The notes: generated by a model not told the origin, from the letters alone. A stretch of DNA of 64,000 nucleotides from an uncultured Desulfosarcina sp. (GCA_963674945.2 CAXXWQ010000003.1:2112001-2176000); one strand, 5' to 3'; shown: positions 1-10,932, numbered from the stretch's first letter. Made by a program: numbers and translations.

Positions 1-97
1 GATATAAATTTTAATAGTAGGCGTGAGGGAAGATGGGCTTCACTCGAACCCTTGAATCATTGAACCCTCATTTCACCTTGAACCGGAGAACTTCAAA

Positions 98-2104
98 ATG
101 AAACCTGTCTTGCGACGAATCGGTTGGCTGCAGGTGATTGGCCTCTGGCTTTTCCTCAGCGTTTCCGCCTGGGCCACGCCCATGGATATTACCGACGATG
201 CCGGCAACACCCTGCATTTTTACAAGCCACCGAAGAGGGTGGTCAGCCTGGTGCCATCGGCGACGGAGATCATTTTCGCCATCGATGCCCAGGACGCATT
301 GGTGGGCATCACACATCACAGCAGCGCCCTGCGCGGTGCCGCCAAAAAGACCATCGTGGGTGGGTACACTTCTCCCTCCATACCCCATATCATGGCCCTG
401 GAACCCGATCTGGTGATCGCCTCCGATTTTCAGGATGAGATGATTGGCCATATTCGTGAAACGGTGCCTGTCATGGTGATCAACATGAACCGGATGGACG
501 ATGCATTTCGGCATATGGAATTGATGGGAAGACTGTTGGGCCATGGAAAAGCGGCATCGGCCCTTGCGGAACAAAATAGAATACAACTGGAGTTGATCGC
601 CCGCAAAGTGGCCACAATACCTCCGGAACGGAGAAAACGGGTGATGCGCATCATGGGGCTGAAGCATCCCATGACGCCGGGCTCCGATTCTTTCCAAAAC
701 GAAATGATCCGGGCCGCCGGCGCCATTGCCCCCGATCTCGGTATGCCGGGCGCCGTAATCCCGATGACGAAAGAACAATGGCGCGACTTCAATCCCCAGT
801 TGCTCTACGGATGCGGCGGCATCGACAGGGCCAGGGACGCCTTTTTCTTAAAGGAGGGTTGGAACGCGGTGGATGCCGTCACAAATCAAAATATCCGGGA
901 TTTCCCCTGTGCGTTGACCTGCAGGGCCGGTGCCCATTTGGGGTATTTTGTCAGCTGGCTATCTTCGGTGATCTATCCGGAGGAATTCGCCAAACCCGAA
1001 AATGAAATGCTGCCGAGAAAGGTGGTCGACACCCGGCCGGTGCCCGTCGATTTGGACTATGTGGCCGATGCCGCCGTCGCCACGAGTATTATTCAGGATT
1101 TTGCCCACAAGAGCCTGATCGTGGATTTTACATCACCTCGGACCATCGTTTCCACCCTGGAAGGACAGCGCAGCGGCATTCAAACCGTGGGTAACCACTA
1201 CTCCTCGCCGCCCTGCTGGGCCCTGATGGGGATGTCCGGCTTGGATCCCCTATACCGGTTGATCTATCCGGTGATCGGAAAAGAAGCATCCACCACGGCC
1301 TTTCTCTTCACCGGTGCCAACATGGACCATCTTGCGGTAAAGAAAGAGAAATTCAAGGAGATGGTCGTCTATGGTCTGGTCACCGCCGGAGTCAGGGGCA
1401 ATGCCGTGAGAATGGGGACGGATGTAGGCGCATACTACGAGCCAGGCACCATCAACATGATTTTTCTCACCAACATGCGCCTTACCCCACGTGCCTTGAC
1501 CCGGGCCATCATATCGGCCACCGAGGGCAAGACGGCAGCCCTTCAGGACCTGGATATTCGCAGCAGTTACCTCTCCCTGACCGCAGCCGCCACCGGCACC
1601 GGTACCGACAACATCATCGTGGTGCAAGGGGACGGGCCGGTCGTGGAAAATGCCGGTGGACATTCGAAGCTGGGGGAACTGATCGCCCGCTGTGCCTATG
1701 CCGGTGTCCGGGAGGCGATCGCCCGGCAAAACGGCATCGTGGGGCCACGAAACATCTTTGAACGGCTCCGGGACCGTCACACCAGTGTCTATCAATTGGC
1801 CAGTGAAAGCCAATGCGAGTGCATGGCGAATAAAGGAAAATTGGCCGGCCGGGTGGAAACGCTGCTTCTCGATCCTGCCTATGCCGGGTTTCTGGAGGCC
1901 GCCATGGACATAAGCGATGGTACCAACAGGAAGATGGTCCAAGATCTTTCCGGATTCGAGAACTGGTGCCTGGACGTGGCCGGCAGGATCGCCGGGCGGG
2001 AGGTGGATCGACTGGATATTCATGTCGCGGACGAAAAATTCCCGCGACCGCTGGCCATGGCCTTCGATGCACTGTTTACAGGTGTTTCCAAACGTAACGA
2101 ATAG
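98..2104 (+). CDS. cbiZ: Periplasmic cobalamin-binding protein (BtuF-like) fused to adenosylcobinamide amidohydrolase (CbiZ)
   Basis: Signal peptide; N-terminal 'PKRVVSLVPSATEIIFAI' type III helical-backbone binding-protein motif; C-terminal CbiZ-type motifs 'GTINMI', 'ATEGKTAALQDL', 'ATGTGTD', 'GGHSKLGELI'. Confidence 0.85.
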   Translation: MKPVLRRIGWLQVIGLWLFLSVSAWATPMDITDDAGNTLHFYKPPKRVVSLVPSATEIIFAIDAQDALVGITHHSSALRGAAKKTIVGGYTSPSIPHIMALEPDLVIASDFQDEMIGHIRETVPVMVINMNRMDDAFRHMELMGRLLGHGKAASALAEQNRIQLELIARKVATIPPERRKRVMRIMGLKHPMTPGSDSFQNEMIRAAGAIAPDLGMPGAVIPMTKEQWRDFNPQLLYGCGGIDRARDAFFLKEGWNAVDAVTNQNIRDFPCALTCRAGAHLGYFVSWLSSVIYPEEFAKPENEMLPRKVVDTRPVPVDLDYVADAAVATSIIQDFAHKSLIVDFTSPRTIVSTLEGQRSGIQTVGNHYSSPPCWALMGMSGLDPLYRLIYPVIGKEASTTAFLFTGANMDHLAVKKEKFKEMVVYGLVTAGVRGNAVRMGTDVGAYYEPGTINMIFLTNMRLTPRALTRAIISATEGKTAALQDLDIRSSYLSLTAAATGTGTDNIIVVQGDGPVVENAGGHSKLGELIARCAYAGVREAIARQNGIVGPRNIFERLRDRHTSVYQLASESQCECMANKGKLAGRVETLLLDPAYAGFLEAAMDISDGTNRKMVQDLSGFENWCLDVAGRIAGREVDRLDIHVADEKFPRPLAMAFDALFTGVSKRNE

Positions 2105-2169
2105 AGAGTGCCGATTCAGAAATGACCAATTTGCCTATTTCTGGACAGATCATATGTAAGGAACGCTAT

Positions 2170-4122
2170 ATGTTCAGCAATCATAGATGTAAATTTCAAC
2201 GTCTAAATCGCCATTTTCATCCTCGCCGGGGTCGATCCAATTGGATCGCTTTTCTGGCATTTATTGGATTCTTGCTGATGATTCCGCCCGTCCCATGGGC
2301 ACAGGAAAAACACGGTCACGGCCGGTCGGCCCCCCAACCCATGGCCATGGACGACGTCGTCGTTACCGCAGAACGGATCGATGCCTATGTGAACAATAAT
2401 CCTGCACAGGTGGTGATCCTGGGACTGGAAGAGATCCGGGAGCGCAACCTGCTCAGTGTCGAGGAGGCGCTGAACACCATGCCCGGTGTGGATGTGAAGA
2501 AGAGTTCTGGCATCGGATCCCGCATCTCCATCCGCGGTTCGGGAAAGTCCGGCGGGGTATTGGTGCTGATCAACGGCAGACCGTTAAACAGCAGCCAGTA
2601 CGGTGGGGCCGATCTTTCCACAATTCCCATCGATATCGTCAAATCCATCACCGTGTTCAAACCTCCGGTTCCCGTATGGCTCGGGGCTGGTGCCAGTGAA
2701 GGTGCCATCGTTATCACCACCCGCGACATGGCGGACGGGAAAAAAGAGGAGAAAACGCATGTGACCCGGTTTCGGGGTGCCGGCGGTTCCTATGGCCTTG
2801 CCGAGGCTACGGCAAGCCAGCGTGTCAGCCTTGCATCGGGAGGCATCATGGCCACGGCAACGGGCACGCACAGGGACGGCAAACGGACCAACAGCGACAG
2901 GGACAGCGGGAACTTCTCCCTGCACTGGGACCGGGAACTGACCGGGACCCATCGGGTGGAGGTGGACGGGCGCTATTACCTGTCGGAGTACGGCAGTGCC
3001 GGTCCTTTAGACAACCCAACCCCGGATGCCCGGCAGCGGTATGAGAAGGGTGCATTGGACGGCCGACTCAGCGGAACCATCGGTTCCACGGGCGACTATA
3101 CGTTGAACCTGTACGGTGATATGGTCGATCTGACGGATGAAAGCCAGTCGGGTTTCGTGTCCACTCTGGACAACGATAAGTATGGGCTCAAGGGGGAGAA
3201 CAACTGGACCGACGAAGCGGGGAAATGGGGACTGCAGATGAGCGGTATCGTGGAACGTGACGATGTGGATCACACCCTTTCGGGCACCCACCACCGAACC
3301 ACAGCCGGAATGGGCGCCCAGGCGGACAGAAGCTGGCAGACCCTCACGGCCACATTGGGGGTGCGGGGAGACTACACCAGCGATTTCGACATCAACCCCG
3401 GTCTTTCCAGTGGCGTCCGCTATCGGCTGACCGATAACTGGTCCTTATTGGCCAACGCCGGATACATGGTGAAGATTCCCACATTCGGACAGCTCTACCA
3501 GCCCAGCCACGGCAGCATCGATCAGGTGCGCGGGAATCCGGATCTGGACGAAGAGAAGATCTGGTCCTATGATGCCGCCGCGGAGTATCGCTGGAAAAAG
3601 ATCCACCACTTTCAATTCTCTGTTTTCCGGTCCGATACCCGTGATCCCATCGTCTATCGGCGGGGCGCGGACCTGATCTTCCAGCCGGAAAACGCCGACC
3701 GAAGCTGGCGCCACGGCATCGAAGCCACGTGGAAATACCGGTTTGCCGCTGGGGTCACCGCAGATGCCAATGCCATCGCACAGGATTCGAAGATCGATGA
3801 GACCGGCAACGAACTGCCCTACACGCCGCGAGTGAAGCTCACGCTCACGCTGCTCTACACGATTGAGGGACCCGGCACCCACCTGGAAACGACGGCGCGG
3901 TATCGGAGCCGGCAGTACTCGGAGGCGGAAAACCGGGAATCGGAGCGACTCGACGAATACATTACCTTAGACTTCAAAGCCATACAACCCTTTACGATAA
4001 AATCAATGGCCGCCGAATTTTTCATCTCGTTGGAAAATCTCTTCGATACCGATTTTGAAATTCATTATGGATATCCCGACGACGGGTTTCGGTTCGTTTC
4101 GGGATTGAATTTGACATTCTAA
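2170..4122 (+). CDS. TonB-dependent receptor, BtuB-like
   Basis: TonB box-like 'DDVVVTAER', plug 'ISIRG...VLVLINGRP', C-terminal Phe; cobalamin gene context; start placed at ATG 2170 after AAGGAA. Confidence 0.85.
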   Translation: MFSNHRCKFQRLNRHFHPRRGRSNWIAFLAFIGFLLMIPPVPWAQEKHGHGRSAPQPMAMDDVVVTAERIDAYVNNNPAQVVILGLEEIRERNLLSVEEALNTMPGVDVKKSSGIGSRISIRGSGKSGGVLVLINGRPLNSSQYGGADLSTIPIDIVKSITVFKPPVPVWLGAGASEGAIVITTRDMADGKKEEKTHVTRFRGAGGSYGLAEATASQRVSLASGGIMATATGTHRDGKRTNSDRDSGNFSLHWDRELTGTHRVEVDGRYYLSEYGSAGPLDNPTPDARQRYEKGALDGRLSGTIGSTGDYTLNLYGDMVDLTDESQSGFVSTLDNDKYGLKGENNWTDEAGKWGLQMSGIVERDDVDHTLSGTHHRTTAGMGAQADRSWQTLTATLGVRGDYTSDFDINPGLSSGVRYRLTDNWSLLANAGYMVKIPTFGQLYQPSHGSIDQVRGNPDLDEEKIWSYDAAAEYRWKKIHHFQFSVFRSDTRDPIVYRRGADLIFQPENADRSWRHGIEATWKYRFAAGVTADANAIAQDSKIDETGNELPYTPRVKLTLTLLYTIEGPGTHLETTARYRSRQYSEAENRESERLDEYITLDFKAIQPFTIKSMAAEFFISLENLFDTDFEIHYGYPDDGFRFVSGLNLTF

Positions 4123-4132
4123 AGGAAAACTC

Positions 4133-4906
4133 ATGATCGAAAAGACACCCATCGTGCTGGCCGCCTTCGGCACGACGTCGGCGGCAATGGACACCTATAG
4201 CGATATCGACAGGATCGTAAAAGCGACCTTTACCGGACATCCGGTGAGATGGGCCTATACTTCCCGTATGGTCCGGTCCCACATGAACACCAAGCGTCGG
4301 GCAAGCATGAAAAATCCTGAACAAGTGCTGGCCGATCTATACGATCAGGGGCATCGGTGGGCCGTGGTACAAAGCATGCACCTGATATGGGGACACGAAT
4401 TTTACCGGCTGGTGGAAGAGGTCCGGGAAAGTGGTGTCCGCATCAGCATGGGCCTGCCGCTGCTGACCGATCCCAAGGATTACAATGACACTGCCATGGC
4501 CCTTCTTAGCTCGAATGGCAAGGGTAACAATCATGCGACGGTACTGGTGGGGCACGGAACCGATCATCCGGCCTGGACCGCCTATCCGGCTTTGGAACGT
4601 GTCCTGTGTACCTGCGGAAACAACGTTCATGTGGCCACCATAGAGGGGGAGAGCGACATGGCGGAAACGGTGGATGCCGTTGTTCGGTCGGGCGCTCGAG
4701 CCGTCAGACTCGTTCCCCTGATGCTGGTTGCGGGCGTTCATGTGAGAGAAGATATCGCCGGTGAAGAGGATTCCTGGCGAACGGCGTTTCAGGCGGCCGG
4801 CCTGTCCGTTTCGGTCGATGATCGGGGAATGGGAAAACATCCCGCCATCGTCGATATTTTCATTCGACATATCCGGGAGGCGTTGGACGTGATACCCACC
4901 GGATGA
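4133..4906 (+). CDS. cbiK: Sirohydrochlorin cobaltochelatase
   Basis: 'LAAFGTT', 'WAYTSRMV', 'LVGHGTDH', 'PLMLVAGVHVREDIAGEEDSW' CbiK motifs. Confidence 0.9.
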   Translation: MIEKTPIVLAAFGTTSAAMDTYSDIDRIVKATFTGHPVRWAYTSRMVRSHMNTKRRASMKNPEQVLADLYDQGHRWAVVQSMHLIWGHEFYRLVEEVRESGVRISMGLPLLTDPKDYNDTAMALLSSNGKGNNHATVLVGHGTDHPAWTAYPALERVLCTCGNNVHVATIEGESDMAETVDAVVRSGARAVRLVPLMLVAGVHVREDIAGEEDSWRTAFQAAGLSVSVDDRGMGKHPAIVDIFIRHIREALDVIPTG

Positions 4907-5044
4907 TCGATGAGAGGCAATTTATCATTATAAATGATACCGTTGTCCCGCGACATGCAAAGGTGTCTCTGGCTCAGATGGATTACAACAGCTCCTGTTG
5001 TACGCGACACCGATACTTGGATAACCGCCGGCAGTTTTCACCGA

Positions 5045-6337
5045 TTAAAAATGTACATTAAAACCTACGGCAATTCCATGCGTATTCGAACTAAGTCTCT
5101 GTGTGGATCCAATCGGGCTTTCATGGTTTACGACTTCATGGTTCCAACTGTATAGATATGCGAAAGTTACATCGAGTGTTGGTTTGAAATAGTATGTTGC
5201 ACCGAGACCATACGTTATTGCGTCAATTTTGGCGCTTATGTCGGATTGTAATTCGTCAGGAAGTCCTTTTTTCGAGTACAGATAGCCGATGCCCGCAAGC
5301 AATTTGTCCGGAATTACTGCGTACTCGAGTCCAACACCAGCTTCCCATCCATTCTCGATATTCGGCCCCCTCTCATCCGACCAGTCGGTTCCTTCGTTAT
5401 AGTAGAAGATGAAACTCGTCTCGACTCTCCACCTCGGCGTAATATCATAAGACACACCAAACGCAATATCCTGAGGAATTGTATTATCCGCTTTTTGTCC
5501 ATCACGCTCCGCAAACTGACCATAAAGATCCTTGCCGTCATGAATCTTTTGTTCCAACTCCATTTTCGTATAGTACGAATAGCGAAGACCGATATTCAGG
5601 GCTTGCGTTGGCATGATATTCGCTCCGAAAATAACACCAAGGCAGTCACCGGACAGGCTCATATCCAGTTCTTCGGTAGGCTGCGCCATACCATTGAGAA
5701 ATGGTGTTATCGTGGCGGTATTACCGCCGGTGGTGTAGACATACCGCAGTTGACCGGCAATGGAAAAGATGTCGTTTACAGCATACGCCGCACCGATGGA
5801 AAGGCCGGCACCAACAAAATAGCCGCTAAATTCCGATGTAACGTCTAAACTTTCGATTGGAATTCCCTGCTCCGATGCCGGCAGGTACGCCCCAAGCATG
5901 GTTCCCGCAAAATCGGAAAATGGTATTCCATCGTCGTGTGTTCCGGCACCGCCACCGGTCATGATATCGAAACCGAACATATAAGCCATGTTCTCTTTTT
6001 TCTGGACGACATGAAAATTGGGAAACACCGGTGACAATACGTATGAATTAAAATCTTCACGCGGTAACAACGGATTGTCATCGTTAAAGTTATAATATTT
6101 GAAAAACGCCTGATTGCTGAATCCGATATGGGTGCCGTCCGCCAACTTCGCCGTCCCTGCAGGATTGAAAAATACGGCATCGGCATCGGTCGACGCATAC
6201 CTGTTCAATGTTCTAACCCATTCGGCACTTTGGTTATTGTTGGAAACGATACCGCCGGCGCCAGAAGCAAAAAGGTCTGTCGTGAAGAGTATTGTTGTCA
6301 TCATTGCTGCAATTACTATAAATCTTCTCAGTAGCAT
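5045..6337 (-). CDS. FadL/OmpP1-family outer-membrane channel for hydrophobic substrates
   Basis: Signal peptide, 'DADAVFFNPAG' FadL motif, beta-strand pattern, C-terminal Phe. Confidence 0.8.
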   Translation of the reverse strand: MLLRRFIVIAAMMTTILFTTDLFASGAGGIVSNNNQSAEWVRTLNRYASTDADAVFFNPAGTAKLADGTHIGFSNQAFFKYYNFNDDNPLLPREDFNSYVLSPVFPNFHVVQKKENMAYMFGFDIMTGGGAGTHDDGIPFSDFAGTMLGAYLPASEQGIPIESLDVTSEFSGYFVGAGLSIGAAYAVNDIFSIAGQLRYVYTTGGNTATITPFLNGMAQPTEELDMSLSGDCLGVIFGANIMPTQALNIGLRYSYYTKMELEQKIHDGKDLYGQFAERDGQKADNTIPQDIAFGVSYDITPRWRVETSFIFYYNEGTDWSDERGPNIENGWEAGVGLEYAVIPDKLLAGIGYLYSKKGLPDELQSDISAKIDAITYGLGATYYFKPTLDVTFAYLYSWNHEVVNHESPIGSTQRLSSNTHGIAVGFNVHF

Positions 6338-6472
6338 ACGACTTCTCCTCAATCATCTATTCCAGTTCCAGATACAATACAGTGGAGGCCCTTGCAGGAC
6401 GATTGCTATATATCCAACGTATTTCAACAAACAGAGGGAAGCACTGTCTGTTTCAACATGCCAATGAATTGA

Positions 6473-6961
6473 TTACGTCAATGTTGCACGGCTGCTGGCG
6501 ATGGGGGGATTCATTATTTTCAAGAACATGAATGCCATGCGTTGCATATTGGGAAGTCCTTCCAGAAGCATCCCGGCAATTTCCGTCAACTGCTCCTTTG
6601 CGGCCAAAAAAAGCTCTAATCCGCTGTCCGTCAGGCGCGTGTTTGTTATTCGTTTGTCCTGCTCATCCAAAAATCTGGCAGCATAGCCGTTTTCTACCAT
6701 CCGCCGTACGATCCGGGTGATGGTGGCGTGAGGGATCGATGTCGTCTGGCTCAGTTGCCCCATCGTCATGATCCCGTTCCGATACAGAATCCCGGCGACG
6801 CACATGAACATGAGAAAGTTTGTAGTTAGCTCGGCATTCTCACCGGATCTGCCATATCGACGTTGCAGACCATCCCCGATTGTTCCCATTTGCTCGGGCA
6901 GCATTTTGTCGATTAAACACCAGACGTCATAAAAGTCCTTGGATATGAATTGTTTTCCCAT
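6473..6961 (-). CDS. MarR-family transcriptional regulator
   Basis: wHTH 'MTMGQLSQTTSIPHATITRIVRRMVENGY', 'DKRITNTRLTDSG'; start 6961 follows AGGAG. Confidence 0.8.
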   Translation of the reverse strand: MGKQFISKDFYDVWCLIDKMLPEQMGTIGDGLQRRYGRSGENAELTTNFLMFMCVAGILYRNGIMTMGQLSQTTSIPHATITRIVRRMVENGYAARFLDEQDKRITNTRLTDSGLELFLAAKEQLTEIAGMLLEGLPNMQRMAFMFLKIMNPPIASSRATLT

Positions 6962-7216
6962 ATTACCCGCTCCTAATCGTTCAAAGTTATCCCTCATGGA
7001 TACGTTCCCCCTTATCATCACGTATTTCATGTGCTTCGGTTGGAAGTTGGATTGAAAACAACATCGTTTCTGAATCGGTTGAAAGATGACGAAAATATCT
7101 CGGCACCAGACGGGAAGGGGGGTAGGATTAAGGTAACGTGCCGGGACCAAAGCGAAAGAGAACTTCAAATGAATTCCCTTTCAACTTCCAGGAAGGGTGC
7201 AGCAGTAACCGACAAT

Positions 7217-7252
7217 AAAAAAGCCCTTCATGCATTTGTTCGCATGAAGGGC
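7217..7252 (-). terminator. Intrinsic terminator (expression platform of cobalamin riboswitch 1)
   Basis: 11-bp stem GCCCTTCATGC/GCATGAAGGGC followed by a T run on the minus strand. Confidence 0.85.
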
Positions 7253-7320
7253 TGCACCCAGCTTACTTGGCCCTTTACGGTTGCCATCCACCCAACCCAT
7301 CGTGGGCATGGCCAATCTTC

Positions 7321-7472
7321 AAGGCAGGTCTTCTGACTCCCGGATCATCCTACTCTCCGCGCCTTCCCACCATATATTTCCTGGCAGTGGCCTTGCGAAT
7401 TTCGTCCCCGGATACAGCGGCGGGACCGTTCCCGATTCTCACGGGATTCCCTATTAAGCCTTTCGGCACCTT
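7321..7472 (-). ncRNA. Cobalamin riboswitch 1
   Basis: Minus strand reads AAGGTGC...AATAGGGAATCCCGTGAGAATCGGGAACGGTCCCGCCGCTGTA...GCCACTG...GGGAAGGC...AGTCAGAAGACCTGCC (B12 box). Confidence 0.93.
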
Positions 7473-7481
7473 CAAAATCTA

Positions 7482-7509
7482 CTCATAGCAGATAAAAAGA
7501 AAATGTCAA
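7482..7509 (-). promoter_or_regulatory. Sigma70-type promoter for riboswitch 1
   Basis: TTGACA-16 nt-(TGC)TATGAG on the minus strand, conserved in the copy at 17484-17511. Confidence 0.6.
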
Positions 7510-7691
7510 ACTATTTTGTAAGAGAGATCGAAAACCCCGTATAAAAAAAGGAGCCTTCCATGAAATGGAAGGCATCGGTTGCAACATCAATGGTTTGGCG
7601 GTATATAGTAAACTGGAAGATTCGTTAAGATTTATATGTGGCAGGATCGTCGGCTTTCCACCTTGATGCCGATTATTTGAGGAGTCCGACC

Positions 7692-8078
7692 ATGTCTGTG
7701 TTACCGAAACACCCCAAACACACGGAGGAAAAGGACCTTTTTACCTGTGACGAGCAGTCAAAAGAATCTGACGCAACCATCATCAGTGAAGCCCAACTGA
7801 TTCTGGCGGAGAAAAGAACATCCCTGGCCGCCATGCGTACCGGAATCGCCGTCTTTGCCCTGCCGCTCTCGGTACTTGGACTGTTGATCGCCACATCCCG
7901 CTATTATGACGTCCTTCATGTGCTGCACCTGATCATTCCCCTGGGTGTCCTGCTTATCGCCCTGATCGTTTTGGGTGGCTACCTGGTCATCCGTGCGCTG
8001 CGCAACATTCACCGCTACGACCGGCTGATGCACCAGCTGAAAACCTGCCATAGCAAACTGTCAAGGTTTCTGGATTGA
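7692..8078 (+). CDS. Small membrane protein, DUF202-like
   Basis: 'LAEKRTSLAAMRTGIAV' resembles the DUF202 motif; two hydrophobic helices; RBS GAGGAG. Confidence 0.6.
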   Translation: MSVLPKHPKHTEEKDLFTCDEQSKESDATIISEAQLILAEKRTSLAAMRTGIAVFALPLSVLGLLIATSRYYDVLHVLHLIIPLGVLLIALIVLGGYLVIRALRNIHRYDRLMHQLKTCHSKLSRFLD

Positions 8079-8410
8079 ACGTCAACCGGATATCACAATA
8101 TTACCAGTACTTTTTTTATATTCAATTTCTGAGTTGCGGGACAGCATTTTTTGATAAGCTGTACTTCTGGGCCGAACGGCCAGCCACAAGACATGGGATT
8201 GAATGATGTTCGTCCTGAAATCCGGAGACTGGCAAGAACGCACATGAATCGGTCGGGGACAGTTTTGTGGGATAGCCATAACGTACTTGTTTTGTTTAAA
8301 TGTTGCTCCGAAGAGCATCTATCCCAATATTTGACAATGATGCGATCCAAAAGTTACTCTCAATCAACCTGTCGTTTGGGTTACAACCGGATAACCATTG
8401 GAGAAAGAAC

Positions 8411-10425
8411 ATGGCCATGAAACCGATTACCTCTGACCAGAATCACGTACCTTCACATTGGCGCAGGATCCAGCCGGCCTATGTGAAAAAGGACAAAATT
8501 GTTTCTGCGGATGAGGCCGTTCGCATCATTCAAAACGGGGATACGGTAGTATTCGGCGGCTTTGTCGGTGCCGGTGCTTCGGAAGAGATCGCCCGGGAAC
8601 TGGAACGGCGATACCTGGAATCCGGCAAACCCAAGGACCTCACCCTGATGTTTACCGTGGCCACCGGCGTGGGGGACAAAACCAACTGCGGACTCAACCA
8701 CCTCGCCCATGAAGGCCTTCTTAAACGAATCATTGGCGGACACTGGGGATGGCGCCCCTGATTCAGGAACTGGCAGTAAAAAACAAAGTGATCTCGTACA
8801 ATTTACCCCAAGGCGTCATCAGCCATTTATACCGTAATATCGCCGCCGGTAAGCCGGGGCTTATCTCCCAGGTGGGGTTGGGAACCTTCGTCGATCCGCG
8901 CAATGGCGGCGGAAAGCTAAACGCCAGAACTACGGAAGATATCGTCCGGTGTATTGACATTGAGGACGAAGAATATCTCTTTTATAAAGCACTTCCTATC
9001 AACGTTGCCGTCGTCAGGGGCACGACGGCCGATACCGAAGGCAACATCAGTATGGAAAGAGAGGCGTTGACGCTGGATTCACTTGCCATCGCCATGGCTG
9101 CCAGAAATTCCGGAGGACTCGTCATCGTTCAGGTGGAACGCGTCGCAAAGGCCGGTACATTGAATTCGCACCAGGTAAAAATCCCGGGTATTCTGGTGGA
9201 CTGTGTTGTGGTGGCAAAGCCGGAGAACCATTGGCAGACATTTGTGGAACCGTACAACCCATCTTTCAGTGGCGTAATCAAAATTCCATTGGAGACCCTT
9301 CCACCCATGCAATTGAACCCTCGAAAAGTCATCGCCCGTCGGGCGGCCTTCGAACTCAAGCCCAACTGCGTGGTGAATCTGGGCATCGGTATACCGGAAG
9401 GGGTATCCAACGTGGCCAATGAGGAAAAAGTCATCGATTTTATGACGCTGACGACGGAACCGGGGGTTATCGGCGGGTTTCCGGCCGGCGGTGTCAATTT
9501 CGGCGCCGGTTTGAACGCATCTGCCATTATCGACCAGCCCTACCAGTTCGATTTTTACAACGGCGGCGGGGTGGATGTGGCATTCCTTGGAATGGCGGAG
9601 ACCGACGGTACGGGAAATGTCAACGTAAGCTGGTTCGGTTCGAAGCTTGCCGGTGCCGGGGGATTCATCAACATCAGCCAAAACTCTAAAAAAGTGGTGT
9701 TTATGGGATCGTTTACGGCCGGGGGTGCGCAAATCGATATCCAGGACGGCATCCTGCGAATCGACAGGGAAGGGGCGTTCAGAAAATTCGTGCAGCGCGT
9801 CCAGCACATCACCTTCAGTGGCCGTTACGGTGCAAAATCCGGTCGCCAGATTCTCTACATAACCGAACGATGCGTTTTTTCCCTTTGCGAACGGGGGGTG
9901 AAACTCATCGAAATCGCGCCCGGTGTCGATCTTCAAAAGGATGTTCTGGACTTCATGGATTTCGAACCGATCATTTCGAAACAACCGAGACTTATGGATG
10001 CGAGAATCTTCTGCTCCGAACCCATGGGATTGAAAGACGATCTACTGAGTATTTCCCTGGAAGACCGGATCACTTACGACGCGAAAAAGAATATGCTGTT
10101 TGCGAATCTTGCCGGCTATTCGGTGAAAACGTTGGAGGATGTTCTGTCCATCCGGACGATCACCGAAAACCTCCTCAAACCCTTGGGAAAAAGAGTCGAT
10201 GCAATCGGCAATCTGGATAAATCGTTCATCGATCCCGACCTGATCGATGCGTTCTCGGAAATGCAGCAATACCTCACGGAAAAATATTACAGACGCGTCA
10301 GCCGCTATACGACAAGTGCCTTTTTGCGTATGAAACTTGGCAATGCAATGCAAAAGCGGGGGCTGCCGCCCCACATCTATGAAAGCGCAAAAGAGGCCCA
10401 GGCTTTTCTCAAGGAAGGATATTGA
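8411..10425 (+). pseudogene. Acyl-CoA:acetate/propionate CoA-transferase (Pct/YdiF type), split by a 1-nt frameshift at 8745-8749
   Basis: ORF to 8761 gives the N-terminus ('GDTVVFGGF','KRIIGGHWG'); ORF 8749-10425 continues ('YNLPQG','VGLGTFVDPR','VNLGIGIPEG','TTEPG','GAGGFINISQ'); one extra G restores HWGMAP. Confidence 0.85.
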
Positions 10426-10426
10426 A

Positions 10427-10854
10427 ATGGGAACCCCGATCTTTGACGCGACGCTGATCTTCATCTTCCTGTTGAGCATGATCGCATGTATAACTGCTTG
10501 TGGAGATAAGGACCGATTTCCGGTAAGACCCAAATACGGTCAGACATCGATCCGCCGGCGTTGGTTCGTGATGAATATGGAAATGTACGAGGCGGCATCC
10601 GCACGCCCTACGTCGATGTACCGATCGCCACTCTTTCCTGTGAGGGACAGTCCGGTGATACAATGTGCTTTCTCTATGGGGTAACCGAGTTGTTCGACAA
10701 TGCAACGCTAAAAACGTTATACTCGGATCACGCCGCTTACGTCACCGAAGTTGAATTGGCAACGGATGAAGCGGTGCAGGCCGGATTTTTACTCTACAAA
10801 GACGGGTAACTGATAAAAGCGGCCGCCGAAGCATCGGATATCGGCAATTCGTGA
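10427..10854 (+). pseudogene. Remnant of a lipoprotein alpha/beta-hydrolase-domain gene (internal deletion, in-frame stop)
   Basis: Lipoprotein-like leader 'IACITACGDK' followed in another frame by the C-terminal motif 'RDEYGNVRGGIRTPYVDVP...LYSDHAAYV...GFLL'; TAA at 10807. Confidence 0.6.
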
Positions 10855-10932
10855 CGTCACGATCTCTATATACCTGAGCGACCCGAAAAGGTTCGGACCG
10901 TTCCGGCGAGACACTCAATCTGCATTCGACAT

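Noticed and set aside
7267..7488. Similar small plus-strand ORFs at 7267-7488 and 17268-17459
   Set aside because: Their similarity is just the reverse complement of the duplicated riboswitch
8741..8761. Programmed frameshift or selenocysteine read-through in the CoA-transferase
   Set aside because: No slippery heptamer; the continuation is in a different frame, so TGA read-through would not restore the protein
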